Shown here: piece after piece, positions 8,979-16,023 of the stretch | Position numbering within the stretch: the stretch's first letter is position 1 | How the letters are laid out: each line of letters opens with the position of its first letter | Origin: Gemmatimonadota bacterium | GTDB lineage: Bacteria; Gemmatimonadota; Gemmatimonadetes; Gemmatimonadales; GWC2-71-9 | Length of the DNA stretch: 23,908 nt | Reading direction: 5' to 3' | Assembly: GCA_003221005.1 (NCBI GenBank) | Contig: QHTZ01000107.1 | Coordinates: 1 to 23,908, forward strand | Program-made: the position numbers and the translations under genes | The notes under the pieces: generated by a model | Databases searched by the model: none | The model's input: the letters and a program-made list of their open reading frames with translations, nothing else | Told to the model about the DNA's origin: nothing

Positions 8979-10961
8979 TCAGTCGCCTGCCTGCTCCCGC
9001 AACAGCCGCTCCACAGCCTCCTTCGCCTGTTCGGGCTTCACCCCTTTGAAGTCCACGGGGCACTTGCCCATCTTCTCCTCGATATCGCGGATCGGGCAGC
9101 GCGTGATCCCTTGCGCCTTCGCGTCTTCGATGAACGCGCGCATCTCGGGAGTCAACCCGTCCCGTCCTTCGGCTTCGGCGCGGATCTGCTTCGCGCGCAA
9201 CTCGGTGAACATCACCATCATCGTCTCGACGTCGAACTCGTCCGCCTCGATCATCTGCTGCTTGTTGTCGTCCATCACGCGGGTGGTGACGCGCCAGATG
9301 TCGTGGTTGCGGGCAAAGCGCTCCACGGTGTTGCGCGCGAGGGGCCGAGCCACGAGCGGGACGAGCTGCAGGCGCTGCCACGCCTCTTCGGTCCAGACGA
9401 TGGGATCGGTCGCGACGCGCGGCCGGCGGCTCACGGTGCCCGTCACGGGACACTTCGTCTCCACCTCGGCCGCGACCGGCTCGGCGTCCGAGTCGTGACC
9501 CTGGATCTTGGTCACCTTCAGCTGCTCCGTCGCCTTCACCTCCGCGAGCGCGATCTCTTCCGCCGTCCCGATCCCCATGATGAGCTGCATGTGGGTCGGC
9601 AGCAGCTTCCGGATCGCCTCGTCGAGCCACTTGTTGGTGACCGTCGCCTCAGCGCCGCCGGTCTGCTCCAGCACGTACTCCTCCACGGCGCGGCGCGCGA
9701 TCCCCTGCGCGAACGGGGGGACGCGGAGGATGCGCACTTCCGCCTCGGGCGCCCACGGCATCCCCGCCTGGCCGTCCTCCTCGATCCAGGGGATGTCTTC
9801 GGGACGGATCCCCACCGTCCCGGTGAGCAGCGTGTTGCAGGGGGCGATCCGCACCAGGTTTTCAGCCTGGGACCCGAGGTCCGTGCCCTCGATGCGATGG
9901 GCCCCGTGCCGCGCCAGCACGAGCAGCGACGGCTTGATCTCCTCGGCCCACTGCATGATCACCTGGAACGGCTTGCCGATCAGGATCTGCGTCTTGATGG
10001 GGACGTCCGGAAATTCCTGGGCCATCACCTCGGCGCGCTTCAGGTTCGCCTGGCAGAGCTTCAGCAGCCCCTTGTCGATGATGTTGTTGTGCAGCTCTTC
10101 CTGCTCCTCGAACTTGAAGACTTTGGACGCCTGGTACGACAACACGTCCTTGATGTTGTGGAACACCACATGGTGGTACTCCACGTCGAACGCGCTGCAG
10201 ACGTAGAGGGATGCGCCGAACGTCTGGGCCAGCTCGAGCGCGGCGCGCATCGCCTTGTAGCTGTAGGAGGAGCCGTCCACGCACACCAAATAGCGGCCGT
10301 CCGCAAGCGGCCGGTCGTCGCGGACGATCAGCACGTCCTTCTCGACCTCGCGCAGCACGCGCGCCACCACTCCGCCGAGCTGCGAGAACGGCTGCCGCCC
10401 GAGCCCGTGCGCGCCGATCGCCAGCAGGTCGTACTGCCGGCCCGAGGATCCCACGAGCCGCGCCGCCGAATCCTCGTCCTCCGCGATCAGCCGCCCGTTG
10501 GCGCCGACCTGCACGTCGCCGCGCACTTTGTCGCCGCCGTCGTACCCCGCGGCGCGATTGGGATCGAAGCCGATCAAGCCGGGAAGCCGGCCGGCGCCGC
10601 GGTTCACCTCGTTCACGATCTCTTCGTAGTTGATTCCCTCGAGCAGCTGGCGCGTCAACGGCACCCCGGCTTCCTCGCAGTGCTTCCCGAGCCGGTCGAG
10701 GAAGCTGTCCGCGATCAGCTGGAGGCCCTTCTCGATGAGCTTGTCGTGGATCTTGCGCTGTTTCTTGATCTCTTCGGCGGTCTGGAACCGCGCGGGCAGG
10801 CCGGTCTCGAGCTGGCGAAAGCGGACGTCGTGCAGGCGGGCCGCATACACGTGGTTGCCGATGATGCGGCCGTGCGACACGCGACACAACTCGATCGCCC
10901 GGTCGACGGCCCAATCCGAATGCTGCGAATTGTCGACGGGGGCGAAGATCTCGCGGTACAC
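8979..10961 (-). CDS. Tandem universal stress protein domains plus two PCP_red-like domains and a CP-motif tail
   Basis: Start reassigned to GTG 10961 (MYREIFAPVDNS, SD GAGGT). USP1 DLLAIGAHG...LGG; USP2 YLVCVDGS...LLVLARHG...LGS; two PCP_red-like repeats (WAPEAEVRILRVP, WTEEAWQRLQLVP). Confidence 0.85.
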   Translation of the reverse strand: MYREIFAPVDNSQHSDWAVDRAIELCRVSHGRIIGNHVYAARLHDVRFRQLETGLPARFQTAEEIKKQRKIHDKLIEKGLQLIADSFLDRLGKHCEEAGVPLTRQLLEGINYEEIVNEVNRGAGRLPGLIGFDPNRAAGYDGGDKVRGDVQVGANGRLIAEDEDSAARLVGSSGRQYDLLAIGAHGLGRQPFSQLGGVVARVLREVEKDVLIVRDDRPLADGRYLVCVDGSSYSYKAMRAALELAQTFGASLYVCSAFDVEYHHVVFHNIKDVLSYQASKVFKFEEQEELHNNIIDKGLLKLCQANLKRAEVMAQEFPDVPIKTQILIGKPFQVIMQWAEEIKPSLLVLARHGAHRIEGTDLGSQAENLVRIAPCNTLLTGTVGIRPEDIPWIEEDGQAGMPWAPEAEVRILRVPPFAQGIARRAVEEYVLEQTGGAEATVTNKWLDEAIRKLLPTHMQLIMGIGTAEEIALAEVKATEQLKVTKIQGHDSDAEPVAAEVETKCPVTGTVSRRPRVATDPIVWTEEAWQRLQLVPLVARPLARNTVERFARNHDIWRVTTRVMDDNKQQMIEADEFDVETMMVMFTELRAKQIRAEAEGRDGLTPEMRAFIEDAKAQGITRCPIRDIEEKMGKCPVDFKGVKPEQAKEAVERLLREQAGD

Positions 10962-11118
10962 CGGCACCTCGGACGCTAGGGTGCATGCCGGGCACACACC
11001 AATATCTCCCCGAGCCTGGATCGGGTTCGGTCCTATCGAGATAACGCCTGGTGTTATGCTCGGCCGCAGCGGCCGTCAGGCCGCCGCACGATTATCGAGT
11101 CTCGCTTACGCGCCGGCG

Positions 11119-11147
11119 AGTATGGCCAGCGCGGCGGGGCCTGTCAA
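11119..11147 (-). promoter_or_regulatory. Sigma70-type promoter for the USP-to-cox operon
   Basis: Minus strand TTGACA (11147-11142), 17-nt spacer, CATACT (11124-11119). Confidence 0.75.
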
Positions 11148-11150
11148 GTC

Positions 11151-11408
11151 TTAAATCCCGACTCTACTCGGGACAATTTGTCGGCCGGTTTCGTCCCACA
11201 CCGTGATGGCGTCGACGGGGCAAGCATCGCAGGCGCGCAGCAACCGCTCCCGCTCCACTGCCTCCGGCTCGACGAACGCGGCGATCGAGTCTTCGTCCAA
11301 CTTGAAACCCTCTGGCGCGTCCTTCACGCAATCGCCGAACCCGACGCACTGGTCGCGGTCGATGACGACGCGCAGACCATGGACGACCCGCTCCACGAGG
11401 CGACTCAC
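11151..11408 (-). CDS. Monocluster ferredoxin, probably [3Fe-4S]
   Basis: GTG 11408 overlaps the upstream stop (GTGA); 85 aa; IDRDQCVGFGDC...ACDACPVDAI, with the second Cys of CxxCxxC replaced by Phe. Confidence 0.88.
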   Translation of the reverse strand: MSRLVERVVHGLRVVIDRDQCVGFGDCVKDAPEGFKLDEDSIAAFVEPEAVERERLLRACDACPVDAITVWDETGRQIVPSRVGI

Positions 11409-11857
11409 ATCCCCTCGAGACCGAGCTCCGCGCGGGCGGTATCCATGACCGCGGGCGTGATTTCGGCGATGCCGTGGTCCTTGGCGTACTCGGCGTAGAT
11501 CTTCTTCACCATTCCCCGCACGAAGCCCGGCACCTGCGACAGGCGCTGCTGCGCCTCCGCGGACCAGCTGGGGCCAGCGGTCCGCGCCTCCGCCCGCCCG
11601 CTCGCTTCGTCGAACGCGTCCGGTCGCCCGCCGGCGACGTTGCCGCGCACGGTCTCGAGCGGCTGCGCCGGCACGGTCCGCCCGCCGATCACGACGCCCA
11701 AGGAGCTCACGAGCTGCGTCTCGAATGGGTTGGTGAGGAGAGCCGTCACCCGGCCGCAGCTCGGGCACTTGAAGGCCGCGGCAAGAGTTCCGTCTCCCGG
11801 GAGCTGGCGCTCCTCGAACACCATCTGCCGGTCGCACTCGACGCAGAGAAATTTCAT
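11405..11857 (-). CDS. Zn-ribbon (CxxC...CxxC) plus PCP_red-like domain protein
   Basis: ATG 11857 overlaps the mrp stop; MKFLCVECD...FKCPSCG; C-terminal WSAEAQQRLSQVPGFVRGMVKKIYAEYAKDHGIAEITPAVMD. Confidence 0.8.
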   Translation of the reverse strand: MKFLCVECDRQMVFEERQLPGDGTLAAAFKCPSCGRVTALLTNPFETQLVSSLGVVIGGRTVPAQPLETVRGNVAGGRPDAFDEASGRAEARTAGPSWSAEAQQRLSQVPGFVRGMVKKIYAEYAKDHGIAEITPAVMDTARAELGLEGM

Positions 11858-12636
11858 AGGCGCGCGGCGAGCGTCTCCCAGACACCGACCGGGGGGTGAA
11901 ATGGGACGCGCGCCAGCACCGGGACCCCAAACTCCCGCGCGAGGACCTCGGCCGCGTCGCCGCGGAACTGATCCCCCATCATGTTCTCCACGACGCCGAG
12001 AGGGGTCGCGCCCCGTTCCATCGCCGCGCGCAATGCGCGCCGCACGGCGTCGCGCGACTCGGGGGTCGGGATGGTCACGGTCAGCACGGCCGGAGGGCGG
12101 TCGAGCAGGTCCGCGAGCTCCTCGAAGCGCGACAGCCCGGGCGGCAGGTCGACCAGCAGCAGATCGAGTGACCCCCAGGCCACGTCGGCGAGGAACTCGC
12201 GCAGCGCGGCGGCCTCCAGCGCGCCGCGCCACACGAAGCGGTCAGCGGCGGGGCCCCGAAACGCCAGGGGGCGGCCGTCCTCGAGCAGCAGGTCCATGGA
12301 AACAAGCCGCACGCCGTCCGCGCCCGTAGCCGGCAGCACCGCGTCTTCCTCGACGACCAGCGAGGCCCGCCCCGCATCGAGCAATCCCGCTGCGGTGGGC
12401 CCGTTCAAGTCGGCGTCGAGCACGCCGACCGCCCGCCCTCCCCGCGCGACCGCGCGTGCCAGGTGCGCCGTGACGAAGCTCTTTCCGACACCCCCTTTGC
12501 CGCTCATGACGGCGACCACGCGGCCCACCTGAGCGAGGCGCGCGGCCACGCGGTGGCGCTGCGCGCCGATCTGCGCCGGGAGGCCCGACGCGTCGGGCTC
12601 CGTCAGGTCTCGATACGTCCGGATGTTGAGTGGCAC
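11854..12636 (-). CDS. Mrp/ApbC/NBP35-family P-loop ATPase, cysteine-free variant
   Basis: Deviant Walker A SGKGGVGKS, DADLNGP, VWRG, WGSLDLLLVDLPPG, GVVENM. Confidence 0.88.
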   Translation of the reverse strand: MPLNIRTYRDLTEPDASGLPAQIGAQRHRVAARLAQVGRVVAVMSGKGGVGKSFVTAHLARAVARGGRAVGVLDADLNGPTAAGLLDAGRASLVVEEDAVLPATGADGVRLVSMDLLLEDGRPLAFRGPAADRFVWRGALEAAALREFLADVAWGSLDLLLVDLPPGLSRFEELADLLDRPPAVLTVTIPTPESRDAVRRALRAAMERGATPLGVVENMMGDQFRGDAAEVLAREFGVPVLARVPFHPPVGVWETLAARL

Positions 12637-12642
12637 AATCGC

Positions 12643-12650
12643 AGTATAAT
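12643..12650. promoter_or_regulatory. Overlapping divergent -10 elements (mrp and greA)
   Basis: AGTATAAT gives TATAAT on + (12645-12650) and TATACT on - (12648-12643), the latter 6 nt from the mrp GTG; lies in a 37-bp intergenic gap. Confidence 0.55.
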
Positions 12651-12673
12651 GCCTAGCTTCTCACGCGGACGCT

Positions 12674-13174
12674 ATGATCGACGAACTCAGGAACAAGCTG
12701 CAGGCCGAGGTCGAGCGGTTGAACCACGAGATCAACTTCGTCCTGCCACGGGAAATCGAAAAGGCGCGCGCGCATGGCGACCTGCGCGAGAACTCCGAGT
12801 ACAAAGCGGCGCTCGAGCGGCAGCAGTTCTCGCAGGCCCGCCTGTCTCATCTCCGCGGGCGCCTGTCCAAGCTGTCCACCGTTTCGGAGCACGATATCCC
12901 GCGTGACCGCGTGGGGTTCGGGTCCCGCGTCACCGTGCGGGACCTCGACACGAAGAAGAAGGAAACGTACGCCCTCACCTTGGGCGAGTTCATCGAAGGC
13001 GGCGAGGAGGACGGGGACGAGATTCCGGTGTCGATCGCGTCACCCCTCGGCAAGGGCCTGCTGGGGTGCAAGCGGGGGCAGACCGTGAGCCTCGCCCTGC
13101 CGGTGGGGAAGCGGCGCCTCAAGATTGTGCAGGTGCTCACGGTGCACGATTTGGCGGCCGGAGCCCCTGAGTGA
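12674..13174 (+). CDS. greA: GreA/GreB family transcription elongation factor
   Basis: ARAHGDLRENSEY with both acidic residues; VGFGSRVTV; SIASPLGKGLLG. Confidence 0.92.
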   Translation: MIDELRNKLQAEVERLNHEINFVLPREIEKARAHGDLRENSEYKAALERQQFSQARLSHLRGRLSKLSTVSEHDIPRDRVGFGSRVTVRDLDTKKKETYALTLGEFIEGGEEDGDEIPVSIASPLGKGLLGCKRGQTVSLALPVGKRRLKIVQVLTVHDLAAGAPE

Positions 13175-13298
13175 GCGCCTACCGCCTGACCCTGCCCACT
13201 TGACGAAGCCATTGTAAAGTGCCACATACGTTTGAGGTATAAGCCCGGCGCAACCCTAGGCGCGCCGGTACGTTGTGGTCACAGAGCGCGGAGGCCGA

Positions 13299-14120
13299 AT
13301 GGCGTGGCGCACCGAGGCTGAAGAAGAGCGTTTTTCGTTTACGCCGTTCACGCGGCATCCCTTCTTCACCGAGGTGAATCGCTGGATCGTCGAGCGCGTC
13401 ATCTGCCCCAGCCGCCGTACGATCGTAGACCTGGGCTGTGGGCCGGGGGCCGTGACCCAGCTGATCGTTGACCGCTTGAGTCAGTGCGGCGAGGGCCGGG
13501 TCATCGGGATTGACCCGTCGGCATCGGCGCTCGAGAAGGCGCGGCGCGCGATCCGGTCGCGCGTCGCGGAGTTCGTGGAGGGGAGCGCGGAATGGCTGTC
13601 GCGCCTGGTCCCCTCGGCCGATGCGGTCATCTTCTGTAACGCCATCCACCTCGTCCCCGACAAAGCCAAAGTCATCGCCGAGATCCGCAAAGTCCTGAAG
13701 CGCGGCGGTGTGCTCGCGTTCAATACGACGTTCTTCAACGGCGCCTACGTCGAAGGGACGACCGGCTTCTGGCGCCGCTGGGTGGTGCGCGCCGTGCAGG
13801 TGCTGCGCGAGCACGGCATCGCGGTGCAGCACGAGGGCAAGGCCACAGCTCGGTCGTTCCTCTCGGCCGACGAGTACGCCACCTTGTGCGAGCACGAGGG
13901 GTTCAGCCCGCCCACGGTCGAGCTGGTGCGAGTCGAGATGACCCCCGAGAGCCTGGAGGACATCGGACGCTTCTCCCTGTTCATCGAGGGCGCCTTGCCG
14001 GGCGTCCCGCTCGAGCAGGGGGCGGAGGCGCTGCGCGAGGGCTTACGGCGCGCGCTCGACGAGACCGGGTTCAGCACGGTACCGCGCAACTGGCTTGAGT
14101 GTGTAGCCGTCGCGTCCTGA
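13299..14120 (+). CDS. Class I SAM-dependent methyltransferase
   Basis: SD GGAGG (13290-13294) then ATG 13299; motif I IVDLGCGPG, IGIDPS, VLKRGGVLAF. Confidence 0.88.
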   Translation: MAWRTEAEEERFSFTPFTRHPFFTEVNRWIVERVICPSRRTIVDLGCGPGAVTQLIVDRLSQCGEGRVIGIDPSASALEKARRAIRSRVAEFVEGSAEWLSRLVPSADAVIFCNAIHLVPDKAKVIAEIRKVLKRGGVLAFNTTFFNGAYVEGTTGFWRRWVVRAVQVLREHGIAVQHEGKATARSFLSADEYATLCEHEGFSPPTVELVRVEMTPESLEDIGRFSLFIEGALPGVPLEQGAEALREGLRRALDETGFSTVPRNWLECVAVAS

Positions 14121-14123
14121 GCA

Positions 14124-15404
14124 TCACCCCAGCACAAACTCCAGACGTCGGTGCGCGTCGCGTAGCGCTGCCTCCACCTCCGCGGGCCCGGGGCCGCGCG
14201 CGAAGATGAAGCCCGGATAGCGCGCGCCCTCGGGTAGCGGCACGAGACGCTGCCCGCGGTGCGCCGTGATGGCGACGTCCTCGACCAGCGGCACGGCGCG
14301 CGCCGCCTCGACTCCTCGGAGCTCGCGCAACTCTCCTGCACCCGGCACGGGAATCATCATCACCCCGGCCGCCTGCCGCTCGCGCTCGAGCGTCGGCAGC
14401 TCCATCGCGAGCGCGTGGCGGATGATCAGCTCCTCGAGGGAGACCCAACCCTTTTCCGTTCCCTCGTCCCCGGTCCCGAATCTCAGCGCCGCGCTACACC
14501 GTCCGCCAATCGGACGGGCGGCCAGCTCGATGAGCCACGGGCCGCGCTCGTTGTATCGCAGCTCGGCGTGGATCGGCCCCTCCACCAGGCCCATTGCTGT
14601 CGCGGCCGCCTGCGTCGTCGCGGCGAGCTCGCACTGCGCCGCAAGGGCCAGGCGCGACGGCGTGACGTAAATGGTTTCCTCGAAGAACGGTCCGTTCAGC
14701 GGATCAGGTTTGTCGAACAGCGCGAGCACCGCTAGGCGCCCGCCCACCAGCAACCCTTCGAGCGCGAACTCAGGGCCGGGGACGAACTGCTCCACGAGCA
14801 CGCTGCGTGCGGACTCGCCGCAGGCGGCGACTTCCGGCTCGGCGAGGATCGCGGCGACTCTTCGAAACGCCGCGACGAACTCGGCCGGACTATCCGCACG
14901 GATGACCCCGCGCGACGCGGAGAGTTGCAGCGGCTTGAGGACGCAAGGGTACTCGACCAGGCGACCGAGCGCGGCTGCATCCGCGTCGGCTGGATACAGC
15001 GCGAACCGCGGCACGGCTACGCTCCCCGCGGTCCGGCCCAGGAGCTCGCGCTGCCGGTGCTTGTCGCGCGCCGCCAGCGCCGCCGCCACAGGGTTGCCCC
15101 GGAGCGTCAGCCGCTCGGCGATCGCCGCCGCCACGACGGCCGTGTTGTCGTCCACTCCCAGCACGCCGGCCAGCGGATGCTCCCGCGCGAACGCCGCGGC
15201 CCGAGCGGCTGCGTCCGCGGGAGCGGTGAAGTCAAGGGTCAGGAGCCCGGCCGGCTGGGCCTGCTCGAACGTGCTGGATCGCTCGGACGCCACACTGAGT
15301 GCGATGTCGAGCCGCCGGGCGGCCTCGACGAATGCCGTGGCCCGGTAGGTAGTGGACGGCAGGAGCAACAGCAGTCGCGGGGAAAGCGTGGAAGGGCGCG
15401 GCAT
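14124..15404 (-). CDS. ATP-grasp domain protein (substrate unknown)
   Basis: RDKHRQRE, YPCVLKP...SASRGVIR, LVEQFVPGPEFALE, IHAELR, LIELAARPIGG. Confidence 0.88.
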   Translation of the reverse strand: MPRPSTLSPRLLLLLPSTTYRATAFVEAARRLDIALSVASERSSTFEQAQPAGLLTLDFTAPADAAARAAAFAREHPLAGVLGVDDNTAVVAAAIAERLTLRGNPVAAALAARDKHRQRELLGRTAGSVAVPRFALYPADADAAALGRLVEYPCVLKPLQLSASRGVIRADSPAEFVAAFRRVAAILAEPEVAACGESARSVLVEQFVPGPEFALEGLLVGGRLAVLALFDKPDPLNGPFFEETIYVTPSRLALAAQCELAATTQAAATAMGLVEGPIHAELRYNERGPWLIELAARPIGGRCSAALRFGTGDEGTEKGWVSLEELIIRHALAMELPTLERERQAAGVMMIPVPGAGELRELRGVEAARAVPLVEDVAITAHRGQRLVPLPEGARYPGFIFARGPGPAEVEAALRDAHRRLEFVLG

Positions 15405-15413
15405 GCCGCGGCC

Positions 15414-16019
15414 CTACTTCTTGGCGGCGGCGAAGTAGGGGTTTGAGCCTGCCGAATGATCCGTGATGTCCACGATGCCTTTGACGCCCGGCACGTGCTG
15501 GTGCAGCATCGCTTCGATACCCTGGCGCAGGGTCACGTCGGCCATGCCGCATCCCTGGCAGCCTCCGCCCATCCGCAGCATCACGACGTGGTCTTGCACG
15601 TCGATCAGCTCCACGACGCCGCCGTGCCGTGCGACCATGGGATTGACCTGGGTCTCAAACAGTCGCGAGACCCGCTCGTACAGTTCGTCGTCGTCCGCCG
15701 GCGTGCCTGGGGGCGCTTGCCGGGGGGCGACCGCGGGCGCACGGGCCGCGAGCGCCGCACGGATCGCCGCGCCGACCGCCGGGCCAAGCGCCGCCCAGGG
15801 CGTGGGGCCGCGCTTCACGGCGGTGACCAGGTGACCCGACACGACGACCTCGGTGATTCCCGGGATCGCGAACAGCGCCTCGGCGAGGGGCGAGCCCTTG
15901 GCGTCCTCGGGCGACGCGAACCGGCGCACGCCGCCCACGTGCACCGGCTGGCCGACGATGAACTTGCAGCGATCGTTGTCGATCGGCTCGGCGGTGATGC
16001 GGACGTCTGCGGTGCTCAT
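15414..16019 (-). CDS. Nfu-type Fe-S carrier (Nfu N-terminal domain plus NifU-C domain)
   Basis: ATG 16019; SPLAEALFAIPGITEV; VNPMVARHGGVVEL...MGGGCQGCG...DITDH. Confidence 0.9.
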   Translation of the reverse strand: MSTADVRITAEPIDNDRCKFIVGQPVHVGGVRRFASPEDAKGSPLAEALFAIPGITEVVVSGHLVTAVKRGPTPWAALGPAVGAAIRAALAARAPAVAPRQAPPGTPADDDELYERVSRLFETQVNPMVARHGGVVELIDVQDHVVMLRMGGGCQGCGMADVTLRQGIEAMLHQHVPGVKGIVDITDHSAGSNPYFAAAKK

Positions 16020-16023
16020 GAAA

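Noticed and set aside
41-10979. Long plus-strand ORFs (e.g. 41-781, 3469-4446, 6987-7976, 9111-10979)
   Set aside because: Antisense shadows of motif-supported minus-strand genes, expected in high-GC DNA; no recognisable domains.
7700-11857. Photosynthesis or DPOR interpretation of the PCP_red domains
   Set aside because: Only the small C-terminal domain is present; no bchL/N/B catalytic cores.
11409-12232. Long N-terminal extensions of track ORFs 11151-11930 and 11405-12232
   Set aside because: They overlap real genes in other frames; coupled starts at 11408 and 11857 fit the domain boundaries.
13200-13243. AT-richer patch with TTGACG, TTGTAAAGTGCCACA and TATAAG, considered as a promoter or Rex/CRP site
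   Set aside because: Probably regulatory, but -35/-10 spacings do not fit and the palindrome is too degenerate to name.
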